Positions 36,204-46,047 of a DNA stretch of 64,000 bases are shown here, one piece after another. Origin of the DNA: an uncultured Chloroflexia bacterium. GTDB taxonomy: Bacteria > Chloroflexota > Limnocylindria > Limnocylindrales > CSP1-4. How positions within the stretch are numbered: position 1 is the stretch's first letter; each line of letters begins with the position of its first letter. Made by a program: the position numbers and the translations under genes. Location of the stretch: NCBI GenBank assembly GCA_963767945.1, contig CAVYGH010000013.1:70078-134077 (forward strand). The letters run 5' to 3'. The notes beneath the pieces were generated by a model. That model saw only the letters and a program-made list of their open reading frames with translations, was not told the origin of the DNA and ran no database searches.

Positions 36204-37531
36204 TCAGGCCTGGTAGGCCGCCTCGCCGTGGACGGCGATGTCGAGGCCGACCTCCTCGTCCTTCTCGGCCACGCGGAGCCCGAGGACGAGGTCGACGACC
36301 TTGACGATCACGAACGTGCCGACGGCGGCGTAGGCGACGGTCGCCGCGACCGCGACGAACTGGGTGACCAGCTGCTGCGGGTTGCCGTCGAGCAGGCCCG
36401 AGTAGGCGGCCTGGACCGCGGACGAGGCGAACACGCCCGTGGCGAGGGCGCCGAACATGCCGCCGACGCCGTGGACCGCGAACACGTCGAGCGCATCGTC
36501 GACGCGCGAGCGGGCCCGCAGGAGCGTGGCGCTGAAGCACAGGCCACCGGCGACGAGGCCGATGACGAGCGCGCCGCCCGGCGTGACGTAGCCCGACGCC
36601 GGGGTGATCGCGACGAGGCCGGCGACGGCGCCGCAGGCGGCTCCGACGACGCTGACCTTGCGCGAGTGGACGTAGCTCGCGAGGACCCAGGTGACGGTCG
36701 CCGCGGCGGCCGCGATGTTGGTCACGGTGAAGGCGCTGGCCGCGAGGCCGCCGGCGGTGACCGCGGATCCGGCGTTGAAGCCGAACCAGCCGAACCACAG
36801 CAGGCCGGCGCCGAGCACGGTCATCGGGACGTCGTGCGGCTCGGACTTGTCGCCGTTCATGTGGCGGCGGCCGAGGATCAGCGCGACGACGAGGGCGGAC
36901 ACGCCCGAGCTGATGTGGACGACGGTGCCGCCGGCGAAGTCGAGGGCGCCGAGCTTGAACAGCCAGCCGTCCGCCGACCACACCCAGTGGGCGATCGGGG
37001 AGTAGATGAGGATCGACCACAGGATCGTGAACAGCACGAACGAGCCGAAGCGCTTGCGCTCGGCGAACGCGCCCGGTGATGAGCGCGGGCGTGATCGCCG
37101 CGAACATCAGCTGGAACATCGCGAACAACATGAACGGGATCGTCACGGCGTAGATGGCCGACGGGGCCTGGCCGACGCCGTTGAACATGCGCGAACTCGA
37201 GGCCGCCGATGAAGCCGCCGCCGATGATCGGGAGCGGGACGTCGGTGCCGAAGGCCAGGGTGAACCCGACGATCACCCAGACGATGCTCACGAGCGCCAG
37301 CCCGAAGAAGCTGTGCATCGTGGTGGACAGGACGTTCTTCCGGCGGACGAGACCGCCGTAGAACAGGGCAAGCCCCGGCAGCATGACCATGACGAGCGCC
37401 GTCGACATCAGCATCCACGCCGTGTCGCCGGTGTTGATCTCGCCGCCATCGGCCGCCGCGGCGACCCCGGGCAGTGCCGCCACGAGCGCGGCCGCTGCCG
37501 CGCCTCCGGCCAGCAGTCGTCGGGTCCTCAT
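36204..37531 (-). CDS. amtB: ammonium transporter; two extra bases (~37190 and ~37072) as assembled
   Basis: The three listed ORF pieces join as ...IIGGGFIGGLEFA / MFNGVGQAPSAIYAVTIPFMLFAMFQLMFAAITPALITG / AFAERKRFGSFVLFTILWSILIYSPIAHWVW.... ATG at 37531 after GGGAGGA. Confidence 0.9.
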
Positions 37532-37647
37532 GGGTCGATCGATCCTCCCACGCATCGATGCCCGGTCGCTCTCCGGGTTGCGCGGAGGTTCCGCCACGAG
37601 GTCCGGCACGTCAGTCGCCCTGCCCGGTTCGAGGCGGGGCCGATTGG

Positions 37648-37673
37648 GTTTCGACCGGTTGCGATCCGGTGAC
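37648..37673 (-). promoter_or_regulatory. GlnR-box-like repeat upstream of amtB
   Basis: The minus strand reads GTCAC-cggatc-GCAAC-cggtc-GAAAC, 117-142 nt upstream of the ATG at 37531. It resembles actinobacterial gTnAc-n6-GaAAc sites, but the spacing is imperfect. Confidence 0.25.
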
Positions 37674-37742
37674 GGCGATCAGCCGATCGGCGACGTTGAC
37701 CGCGCTAAGCCTCCGATGCATGGGTCGGGCCATCCTGTGGTC

Positions 37743-38396
37743 ATGGCCGAACGACGCCACGCGCTCACCGACGCCGACCGACGTGGTCGTCGGATCCGGA
37801 TCGCAGTCGGCGATGAGCTGCGGATCGGGCGAACTGGAGCCGGGCTGAGCCAGCGCACCGCGGCCGCCGCCGCGGGCATCTCGCATACCCACTGGGGCCG
37901 GATCGAGCGGGGCGACGTACCCAACCTCGGCATCGACCAGGCATGCCGAGCCGCGTCCGTCGTCGGCTTGAGGTTGTCGCTGAAGACGTACCCGGACGGT
38001 GACCCGTTGCGGGACGCCGGTCAGCTGGCCCTGCTCGAACGCTTCCGGGCGAGATTGCCGGCCGCTGCGCGATGGCAGACGGAGGTGCCCATGCCGATCC
38101 CCGGTGATGCGCGCGCTTGGGATGCTGTCGTCTCGCTCGGGCCTCGTCACGCCGGCTGCGAGGCCGAGGTGCGGTTGCTCGACCTCCAGGCACTCGAGCG
38201 TCGGCTCGCGCTGAAGGTCCGCGACGGCGGCGTCGACCTGCTCCTGCTGGTCGTTGCCGACACGATCCGGAACCGCTCCGTGCTTCGGATGCACCGCGAG
38301 CAGCTGCGCGCCCTGCTGCCGCTCGACTCACGCGACGTGTTGGCGAGTCTTCGGGCCGGACAGCTTCCTCGCGAGAGTGGGATCGTCGTGCTGTAA
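37743..38396 (+). CDS. XRE-family HTH protein with an uncharacterised C-terminal domain
   Basis: HTH region LSQRTAAAAAGISHTHWGRIERGD. The start is uncertain (ATG at 37716 or 37743). Confidence 0.6.
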   Translation: MAERRHALTDADRRGRRIRIAVGDELRIGRTGAGLSQRTAAAAAGISHTHWGRIERGDVPNLGIDQACRAASVVGLRLSLKTYPDGDPLRDAGQLALLERFRARLPAAARWQTEVPMPIPGDARAWDAVVSLGPRHAGCEAEVRLLDLQALERRLALKVRDGGVDLLLLVVADTIRNRSVLRMHREQLRALLPLDSRDVLASLRAGQLPRESGIVVL

Positions 38397-38420
38397 GGAG
38401 TCAGCGACCGACGCCGGGGC

Positions 38421-38562
38421 GGCACGTCGCAGGTTCCAACGGATCGCCGGGCGCCGACCGATGGCACGCCAGAGGTGTCAATCCGCCCGTCGAGGATTGG
38501 ACTTGGCACGCCCGAGGTGCCATCCGACCGCCATCGACCCTAGTTGGAACGTCGGGCGTGCC
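38421..38562. repeat. structured intergenic element: three degenerate 42-bp direct repeats enclosed by a 20-nt inverted repeat
   Basis: GGCACG occurs at 38421, 38463 and 38505, exactly 42 bp apart, with unit consensus GGCACGYCNNAGGTKYCAA. GGCACGTCGCAGGTTCCAAC (38421-38440) pairs with GTTGGAACGTCGGGCGTGCC (38543-38562) at 17/20 positions including one G-U. Confidence 0.6.
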
Positions 38563-38589
38563 ACGGGGCGGACGGCTGCGCGGCGCGCG

Positions 38590-39810
38590 CTACGTCGGAT
38601 CCGGCTCGTCGATCACGCCCGCGCGGCGGATGACCCAGCCCGCGGTCGTCCCCTGGACGAGCAGCGTGATGAGCACGACCCCGAACACGCCGCCCGTGAG
38701 CAGGTCGCGATCCGGCACCGACAGCGGCAGGGCGAGGGCCAGCGCCACCGCCACCGCGCCACGCAGTCCCGCCCAGAACATGACGTGGAGGAAGCCGACC
38801 GGCAGCGGGGCCTCGCCGCGATCCAGCCGCGACCCGCCGCCGATCAGGCCGTAGACGACGAGCACGCGCGCGACCGTGATCGCCAGGTACCCCGCGAGGA
38901 TGATCGGCAGCGCGGCCGTCAGCTGCCCGGGGCTCATCGCCAGGCCGACCAGCAGGAACGTCAGCGCGGTCAGCAGGAACGCGATGAACTCCCACACGAT
39001 GTCCAGCGACTCGACCGTGCGGACGCTCAGCCGGCGCTGGCCGCCGGCGTTGCCCAGCACCAGGCCGACGACGACGGTCGCGATGATCCCGGACTCGTGC
39101 AGCCGGTCGGCGATCAGGTACGTCCCGTACGCGAACACGACCGAGATCGCCACCTCGATCAGGTGGTCGTCCGCCAGCCGCATCAGCCGCTCCGCGACGA
39201 ACCCGGCCACGAGGCCGATCACCGCGCTGGCCACGATCGTCACCACGAACGTGACGACCCCCTCCCCGAGCGTCACGGGCTGGGCGAGCGCGCCCAGGGC
39301 GATCGCGAACAGGACCACGCCGGTGCCGTCGTTGAGCAGGCTCTCCGCCTCGACGACCGTCGACAGCCGGGCGGGCGCCTGCAGTCGCTTGAACAGCGCC
39401 ACGACCGCGACCGGGTCGGTCGCCGAGAGCATGGCGCCCAGGATGAACGCCAGCCCGAGGTCGAGGCCGGTCATGGCGGAGACGACGAGGGCGACGATGG
39501 CGGCGGTGATGATCACGCCCGGCGCGGCCAGGAACGCGATCAGCCGGTACGACCGGCGCAGCTCGCTCAGGTCGAGCTTGTAGGCGGCTTCGAACACGAG
39601 GCCCGGCAGCAGGACCGCGAGGATCAGCTCGGGCGTGATGTCCACCTGGGCCCCCGGGACCACGATGGCCAGCCCGAGGCCGGCGACCACGAGGGCGACG
39701 GAGTTCGGGATCGCGATCCGGCGAGCGATCAGCGCGATGCCCGTCGCGAGCGCGATCAGCAGGATGAACAGCTCGATGGGCAGCAGCCCCGCGGGTTCGC
39801 TCGAGGTCAT
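38590..39810 (-). CDS. CPA1-family cation/proton (Na+/H+) antiporter
   Basis: Multi-TM protein with the LSATDPVAVVALF motif. ATG at 39810 with GGAGG 4 nt upstream. Intact. Confidence 0.8.
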   Translation of the reverse strand: MTSSEPAGLLPIELFILLIALATGIALIARRIAIPNSVALVVAGLGLAIVVPGAQVDITPELILAVLLPGLVFEAAYKLDLSELRRSYRLIAFLAAPGVIITAAIVALVVSAMTGLDLGLAFILGAMLSATDPVAVVALFKRLQAPARLSTVVEAESLLNDGTGVVLFAIALGALAQPVTLGEGVVTFVVTIVASAVIGLVAGFVAERLMRLADDHLIEVAISVVFAYGTYLIADRLHESGIIATVVVGLVLGNAGGQRRLSVRTVESLDIVWEFIAFLLTALTFLLVGLAMSPGQLTAALPIILAGYLAITVARVLVVYGLIGGGSRLDRGEAPLPVGFLHVMFWAGLRGAVAVALALALPLSVPDRDLLTGGVFGVVLITLLVQGTTAGWVIRRAGVIDEPDPT

Positions 39811-39923
39811 CGGGCCTCCGGTGCCGTGCGCCGGACCGGGGCACGCGGCCTGAGCGTAGCCGAGCCGGCGCGCCCGGTCACACCCGTGGCGGCTACGCTT
39901 GGGCACCTGAACGGAGGGCAGGC

Positions 39924-40691
39924 ATGGATCTGGGTCTCGAGGGACGACGGGCGCTGGTCGGCGGCGGGGCGTCGGGGATCGGCGGCGGCATCGCGACCGC
40001 GCTGGCCGCGGAGGGGGCGCGGGTCGCGCTCGTCGGCCGGACCGCGGCCCGGGTGGAGGCCGAGGCGGCGAGGCTCGACGGGCTGGCCGTCATCGCGGAC
40101 CTCGCCACGGACGACGGCCCGGCCGGAGCGGTCGAGGCGACGGTCGGCGCCCTCGGCGGCCTGGACCTGCTGGTCGTGAACACCGGCGGGCCGCCCGGCG
40201 GCACGTTCGACACCCTGTCCGAGGACGACTGGGAGCAGGCGATCGCCGGCACCCTGCAGTCGACCCTGCGCCTGCTGCGGGCCGCGCTCCCGCACCTGCG
40301 CCAGGGCGACGACCCGTCGATCCTGATCGTGCTGTCGTCCTCGGTGCGCGAGCCGATCCCGGCCCTGACGACGTCCAACCTCCTGCGGCCGGGGCTGGCC
40401 GGCCTGGTCAAGTCGCTGACCGCCGAGATCGCGCCGATCCGGATCAACGGGCTCGCGCCGGGGCGGATCGCGACCGACCGGATCGCGACCCTGGACCAGC
40501 GCCGCGCGGAGGCGGCCGGGACCACCCCCGAGGAGATCGCCCGCCGCACGATGGCGACGATCCCGCTGGGCCGCTACGGCGACGTGGCGGAGATCGGGCG
40601 GGTCGGGGCGTTCCTGCTGTCGCCGGCCGCCTCGTTCGTGACCGGCGCCATCGTCCCGGTGGACGGGGGGATGATCCGCGCCCTCCCCTGA
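39924..40691 (+). CDS. short-chain dehydrogenase/reductase family protein (canonical YxxxK not evident)
   Basis: Rossmann motif VGGGASGIGGGIA and NTGGPPGG. GGAGGG lies before the ATG at 39924. Intact. Confidence 0.6.
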   Translation: MDLGLEGRRALVGGGASGIGGGIATALAAEGARVALVGRTAARVEAEAARLDGLAVIADLATDDGPAGAVEATVGALGGLDLLVVNTGGPPGGTFDTLSEDDWEQAIAGTLQSTLRLLRAALPHLRQGDDPSILIVLSSSVREPIPALTTSNLLRPGLAGLVKSLTAEIAPIRINGLAPGRIATDRIATLDQRRAEAAGTTPEEIARRTMATIPLGRYGDVAEIGRVGAFLLSPAASFVTGAIVPVDGGMIRALP

Positions 40692-41623
40692 CCCATGCGG
40701 CCGATCCGGCCCCGGCCCGGCAGCGGCAGCCCCAGCACGAGCGCGAGGCTGACGATGATCAGGCCGAACCCGACGACGAGCTCGGCGCCGACCGGCTCGC
40801 CGAGCGCGATCGCGCCCCACAGGATGGCGAACGCGGGGACGATGAAGGTGACGGTGCTGGCGGCCGTCGCCGAGGTGCGCTTGAGCACCCGGAAGTACAG
40901 CGGCCAGGCGAGGGCGGTCGAGATCACGGCGACGGCGAGCAGCGACGCGGCGCCGGCGGCCGACGGCGTGCCCGGCGCGCCGGACAGGATCGCGAACGGG
41001 AGCAGGACCAGCGAGGCCGAGACGAGCTGGCCGGTGGCGATCTCGATCCCGGGGATGCCCTGGAGCCGGCGGCGCACGAACGTGCCGGCGACGCCGTAGC
41101 TGAACGCGGCGCCGAGCGCCGCGCCGACGGCGAGCAGCGTGCCGGGCCCGAGGTCCAGCGGCGACCACCCGACCACGATGCCGACCGCGGCCACGCCCAC
41201 GAGGAGCCCGGCGACGATCCGGCCGGTGAGCCGCTGGCCCAGCGCGACCACGCCGACCAGCGCGGTGAACAGCGGGGTCGCGGCGTTGAGCAGCGCGCCC
41301 AGCCCGACGGGCAGCGTCAGGGTCGCGAACGCGATCAGCGTGAACGGGATCGCGGAGAAGGTCGCGCCCGTGATGAGGAAGTCGCCGATCCGGCCGCGCG
41401 CCGTCCGCCACGTCCGGCGACCCGCGACCGCGACGAGGATCAGCGCCGCGAGCACGACGCGGGCCTCGGCGGCCCAGACGGGACCGACCTCGGGCGCGGC
41501 GACGCGCATGAACAGCCACACGGCGCCCCACACGGCCCCGAGGAACAGCAGCGCCCCGAGGTCGGAGGCGGCGTTCGTGCGAGCGGGGGAGGGGACGGCG
41601 GTGGGAGCTGGCGACTCGGACAT
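40574..41623 (-). CDS. EamA/DMT-family transporter
   Basis: About 10 TM segments in two EamA-like halves. The last ~39 codons overlap the SDR gene antisense and may not be real. Confidence 0.7.
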   Translation of the reverse strand: MSESPAPTAVPSPARTNAASDLGALLFLGAVWGAVWLFMRVAAPEVGPVWAAEARVVLAALILVAVAGRRTWRTARGRIGDFLITGATFSAIPFTLIAFATLTLPVGLGALLNAATPLFTALVGVVALGQRLTGRIVAGLLVGVAAVGIVVGWSPLDLGPGTLLAVGAALGAAFSYGVAGTFVRRRLQGIPGIEIATGQLVSASLVLLPFAILSGAPGTPSAAGAASLLAVAVISTALAWPLYFRVLKRTSATAASTVTFIVPAFAILWGAIALGEPVGAELVVGFGLIIVSLALVLGLPLPGRGRIGRMGQGRARIIPPSTGTMAPVTNEAAGDSRNAPTRPISATSP

Positions 41624-41685
41624 CCAGTGAGTGTCGAGCCGGCCGCGGGCCCCGACAGTCGACGGCCGTCGAGACGTCGACTACG

Positions 41686-42618
41686 TCAATCGACGTCCGT
41701 CCACGACCCGGGCGCGAGGTGGCGATCCAGCCCGGTCCGGCGCAGCAGCTCGTCCAGGTCGGCGACCGTGCCCGCGTCGGGCGGCATGCCCGGAGCCCGG
41801 ACGGTCGAGTGGGCGATCGCGCCCCGGCGCTGGTAGACGACCTTGCGGATCGGCAGGTTCAGGATCGGCTGGTTCTCGAAGCGGACCAGCGTGGCGTAGC
41901 GGTCGAAGACGGCGGCCGCGCCGTCGTGGTCGCCGGCGAACCAGCGCCGCACGATGGCCACCAGGATCTCGGGAAACCCGAAGCCGGTCATCGTCCCGTG
42001 GCTGCCGCGGCGGAGCTCCTCGACCAGCATCTCGCCGCCGAGGCCGCCCAGCACGACGACGTCGGGCGATCCGTGGACGAGGCGGCCGGCCTTCGGCGGC
42101 GTCGGCTCCTCCTCGAGCTTGATCACGCGGCAGGACGGCGCCTCGGCGGCCAGCGCCAGCAGGAGCTCGACGCTCATCTGGACGCCGGAGCTGGCCGGGT
42201 GGTCCTGGACCACGACCGGGATCGAGACCGCGGCCGCGACGGCCAGGTAGTGGCGGCGGATCGCGGCGTCCGTGGGCCGGGCGAGGGGCGGCGGCGCGAG
42301 CATCACCGAGTGGGCTCCGGCCGCCTCGGCCTCGCGGGCGTAGGCGATCGCTCGGTCCGTCGACGCGTGCGACACGCCGACGCAGATCGGGAGCGTGCCC
42401 GCCGCGGCCTCGAGCGCCGTCTCGAGCACGCTCGAGCGCTCGGCATCGCCGAGCCGCGCCGCCTCGCCCAGCACGCCCAGGATCGTGAGCCCGTCGACGC
42501 CGGTCGCACGGACGAAGGCGACCAGCCTCGGGATCGACGCGACGTCGAGAGCGCCGTCCGGCAGGAACGGCGTCGGCACGATGTTCCAGACGCCGCGCAA
42601 CGCCCCGATGTCGCCCAT
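41686..42618 (-). CDS. dihydrodipicolinate synthase / N-acetylneuraminate lyase family aldolase
   Basis: Motif GLTILGVLGEAARL (GxxGE) and candidate Schiff-base Lys in RVIKLEE. ATG at 42618 with GGAGG 4 nt upstream. Confidence 0.7.
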   Translation of the reverse strand: MGDIGALRGVWNIVPTPFLPDGALDVASIPRLVAFVRATGVDGLTILGVLGEAARLGDAERSSVLETALEAAAGTLPICVGVSHASTDRAIAYAREAEAAGAHSVMLAPPPLARPTDAAIRRHYLAVAAAVSIPVVVQDHPASSGVQMSVELLLALAAEAPSCRVIKLEEEPTPPKAGRLVHGSPDVVVLGGLGGEMLVEELRRGSHGTMTGFGFPEILVAIVRRWFAGDHDGAAAVFDRYATLVRFENQPILNLPIRKVVYQRRGAIAHSTVRAPGMPPDAGTVADLDELLRRTGLDRHLAPGSWTDVD

Positions 42619-42701
42619 GCCACCTCCAGCCATGCCGATCCCCACGAGGCTACAGGGGATGGACGGCACCGGACGCCGCGCGGCGCGCGTCGCCCGGACG
42701 C

Positions 42702-43997
42702 TCAGCGGATGGCCGGGCGCTCCTGCCACTGGAACGCGATCGCGGTGCCGCGTCCGCCGGCGGGCTGGACGACCAGCAGCGTCCCGCCGCACGACGCCGC
42801 CTCGGCGCGCATGTCGGCGATCCCGCGCCGGCCCGCCCGGGCGGCGGCCGCCTCGTCGATCGCCGCGGTCACGCCGTTGTCCTCGATGCGCAGCCGGATC
42901 AGGGTGGGCGACACGGCGATCGACACGGTGGCCTCCGCGTCAGGGACGTGGCGGACGACGTTGTCGAGCGCCAGCTGGGCGACCCGGAACGCGGCCCGCT
43001 CGGCGTCCCGTGGCGGCCGGGGCGCCGCGCCGCCGTCGACGACCGAGTCGCCCTCGACGACGATCGCCACCCGAACCGCGGACCGGTCCTCGATCCGCTC
43101 GGCCAGCCACTCGATCGCCGCCAGCAGCCCCATCTCCTCGAGCACGATCGATCGCCGCGAGACGAGCAGCGACTCGACCTCGTCGACCGCCGACCGCAGG
43201 TCCGCCGCCAGGCGCTCCACGGTTCCGCCGGACTCGGCCTCGAGCAGGGCCCGCCGCAGCGACGGCAGCACCTCGGCATGGAGGTCGGCGGCGATGCGGG
43301 TGCGCTCGGTCTCGACGGCCTCGGCGCGACCGACGTCGCGCCCGGGCACGAGCTCGTCCACGAACACGCGCAGCAGCGCGAACGGGTGGCCGCTGCCCGT
43401 GCCCGCGGCCACGCGTCGGCGGGTGCGGAACACCGCGGGTCGCAGGTCACGGACCACGCCGATCGCCGCCAGCAGCCCGATGACCCCGAGCCACAGCCAC
43501 TCCGGGATCGCACCTTCCTGTTCGCCCGAGATCGCGCGACCCACCGACCGACCCACCAGGCCGATGGACAGGGCGACGACCGCAATCCAGACCGCCACGA
43601 CGACCGACCGCGGCGTCCGCGGGTCTGCCGTTGCATAGGCGCCCGCGATCGCAGCCGGGATGACGAGGGCCGCGAACATCGCGAGATCGAGCCACGGCCC
43701 GGGCTGGATGCCGATCGCACGCGCCTCCCACCCGATGCCGATCAAGGCCAGTGCGGCGGCCGTTGACCCGATGACCGCCGCTCCCCAGCCGACGGCCGGC
43801 GCCCATGAGCGGGTGAGGACGAGCACGATCGCGGCGCCCGCCCCCCACAGCAGCGGCACCATCGCCGACACCGACGGGCCGGGGAGGGCCAACGGGTTGA
43901 CCAGTCGAAGGGCGATCGATCCGATCACGAGGATCCCGGTCGCCAGCGCCACCAGGATCAGCTTGCGGGCCGCGTCCGTGGCGACCAGCGACGTCAC
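42702..43997 (-). CDS. NarL-type (HisKA_3) membrane sensor histidine kinase
   Basis: GTG at 43997 overlaps the response-regulator stop (GTGA). About 6 TM segments, H-box ERTRIAADLHAEVLPSL and a C-terminal HATPase. Confidence 0.8.
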   Translation of the reverse strand: MTSLVATDAARKLILVALATGILVIGSIALRLVNPLALPGPSVSAMVPLLWGAGAAIVLVLTRSWAPAVGWGAAVIGSTAAALALIGIGWEARAIGIQPGPWLDLAMFAALVIPAAIAGAYATADPRTPRSVVVAVWIAVVALSIGLVGRSVGRAISGEQEGAIPEWLWLGVIGLLAAIGVVRDLRPAVFRTRRRVAAGTGSGHPFALLRVFVDELVPGRDVGRAEAVETERTRIAADLHAEVLPSLRRALLEAESGGTVERLAADLRSAVDEVESLLVSRRSIVLEEMGLLAAIEWLAERIEDRSAVRVAIVVEGDSVVDGGAAPRPPRDAERAAFRVAQLALDNVVRHVPDAEATVSIAVSPTLIRLRIEDNGVTAAIDEAAAARAGRRGIADMRAEAASCGGTLLVVQPAGGRGTAIAFQWQERPAIR

Positions 43998-44626
43998 GAC
44001 CGGCCCTTCTCCGCCACCCAGCCCTCGCGCAACGCGAGCACGGCCAGCTCGGTGCGCGACAGGACCCCGTACCGGTCGAACAGCCGCCGCAGGTGGCTCT
44101 CGACGGTCTTGTCGGAGACGCCGAGCCGGCCGCCGATCTCGTCGTTGGTCGCGCCCGCACACACGAGCGTGAGCACCTCGACCTCGCGGTCCGAGGGTCG
44201 CCGCGGCGCGTTCCGGATCGTCCGCAGCATCGCCGCCGAGAACGCGGTCCCGCCGCCGGCCACGGTCCGGATCGCGTCCAGGATGTCGGGCAGCTCGCTC
44301 GTCTTGAGCAGGTAGCCGGCGGCGCCGCGGTCGAACGCCGTCCGCACCAGCGGCGGCTGGTCGAACGAGGACAGGAACAGCACCGACGGCCCATCCGACC
44401 CGATCGCGTCGAGCAGGCGCAGGCCCTCCGCCTCGCCGGCCAGCTGGACGTCGCTCACGACGACCTCCACGCCCGGCGTGGCGGCGAGGAGGGCCAGCGC
44501 GTCGTCGAGCGACCGGGCGGTCCCCGCGAGCTCGAGGTCGGGCGCGTCGCTGACGGCCGATCCGACGGCATCGAGGATGGCCGGATGATCGTCGACGAGC
44601 ACGACCCGGATCGGCTGGGGTTCCAC
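43994..44626 (-). CDS. NarL/LuxR-family response regulator
   Basis: Receiver region IRVVLVDDHPAIL...VVVSDVQL and HTH SDREVEVLTLVCAGATNDEIGGRLGVSDKTVESHL. Confidence 0.85.
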   Translation of the reverse strand: MEPQPIRVVLVDDHPAILDAVGSAVSDAPDLELAGTARSLDDALALLAATPGVEVVVSDVQLAGEAEGLRLLDAIGSDGPSVLFLSSFDQPPLVRTAFDRGAAGYLLKTSELPDILDAIRTVAGGGTAFSAAMLRTIRNAPRRPSDREVEVLTLVCAGATNDEIGGRLGVSDKTVESHLRRLFDRYGVLSRTELAVLALREGWVAEKGRS

Positions 44627-44763
44627 GCGCGCAGCCTAGCGCGGCGACCGACCGCCGCGAAGGCACGCCGCGGAGGGCCCGCGCCGCACGCCCGTTGCGG
44701 GTTTTCCCGCAGGCAACGTGGCGCCCGGCGGCCCGGCATACTCGCAGGCCACGGAGGACACCC

Positions 44764-45871
44764 ATGCCGGAGGACGATCCGACGCCGGACCACGAGTCGC
44801 CCACCGGCGCCCCGGACACCGCGCCCCAGCCGCCCCCTCCGCCCGCACCGTCGCCGACGCCGCCTCCGGTCGCTCCCGCGCCGTACGCCGCCTGGAACCT
44901 GCCGGCGGCCGCCTACGCGGGCCCGCGCCTCGAGCTCGGCTCGATCATCGGCCGCACGTTCGACACCTTCGGCCGGGAGTGGTCGCTGTTCCTCGTCCTC
45001 GCGGTGCCGGCGGCCGTCGCGAGCCTGTTCCAGCTGCTCACGACCCCGACCCTGGAGGCGCAGCGCCAGGCGCAGGCGTCGGCCTCGCGGCGCCAGCCCC
45101 ACCGATCCCTGGGCGCTGTTCGTGGTCAGCGTGATCGTGGCGACCGGGGTCGGCGTCAGCGCGCTCGCCAGCGTCGTCGCCGCGGACCGGCTGTGGCGCG
45201 GGGAGCCGGCGAGCATCCGCGATGCGTTCGGCGGGGTCGTCCGCAGCATCCCGCGCGCGATCCCGATCTGGCTGCTCGTCGTCCTCGCCGAGGTCGGGAT
45301 CGTGCTGTTCACCACCCAGCTGACGGCGATCGCGCCGACCGGACGGCCGACCGCGGCCGCCGCGCGCGAGCTCACGCTGCTCGTCGCGGTCGGGCTGCCG
45401 ATCCTCCTCGTCGCCGTCGTGATCGGCGTCGTCGTGCAGGTGCGGCTGTCGCTGGCGCTGCCGGTGATCGCGCTCGAGGAGGGGACGCCGGGCAGCGTGA
45501 TCCCGAGGACGTGGCGCCTGACCAAGGGCTCCGCGATCACCCTGTTCCTGTGCTCGTTCGTGATCGGGATCTGCGTCTCGCTGACGGCGTGGGGGTCGAC
45601 CCTGTTCCTCCTGTTCGGCGACAACCGCCTGGTCGTGGCGATCGCCGTCGCCCTCGCGGAGCTCGTCACCGCGCCGCTCACCGGGATCTGGGTGCTCGTC
45701 GCGTGGGGCGACCTGGTCGCCGCCGGGCGCCACCACGACTCCCCGCTGATGGCCCGTGGCCGCGGGCGATGGGCGACGGTGGCGATGGTGTTCGGCCTGG
45801 GCACGGTGCTGTTGGTGGCCGGATTCGGGGTGACCGGGGCCGCGGTCTCGAGGCTGGGTCCCGCCACCTGA
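44764..45871 (+). CDS. Pro-rich N-terminus, multi-pass membrane protein of unknown function; one extra base in the CCCC run at ~45098 as assembled
   Basis: ATG at 44764 (MPEDDPTPDHESPTG...). The junction reads ...QASASRRQ / PTDPWALFVVSVIVATGVG, then 5-6 TM segments in the tail of listed ORF 44093..45871. Confidence 0.5.
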
Positions 45872-46047
45872 GGGGAGCGCGGACGGCCGGCGCGGCGCAA
45901 TGACGGAACTGTCATACGCGTTCCCGGCGTCGTCATGAGTCTGCAACCTCCCGCTCGCTACGTTCGAGGCGTCGCTTGACGTATCCCGGGGTTGACCGTG
46001 CCCGCTGGCACCCGCGCCCGCGAGGCGGTGCCCCGCCAGGAGGTTGC

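Noticed and set aside
38462-38520. Sigma-54 promoters (TGGCACG occurs twice)
   Set aside because: The -12 TTGC element is missing at the correct spacing (AGGT instead). The sites also lie between the 3' ends of two convergent genes, with nothing to transcribe.
38421-38562. CRISPR array
   Set aside because: There are only three degenerate units of 42 bp with no repeat/spacer alternation, and no cas genes in the window.
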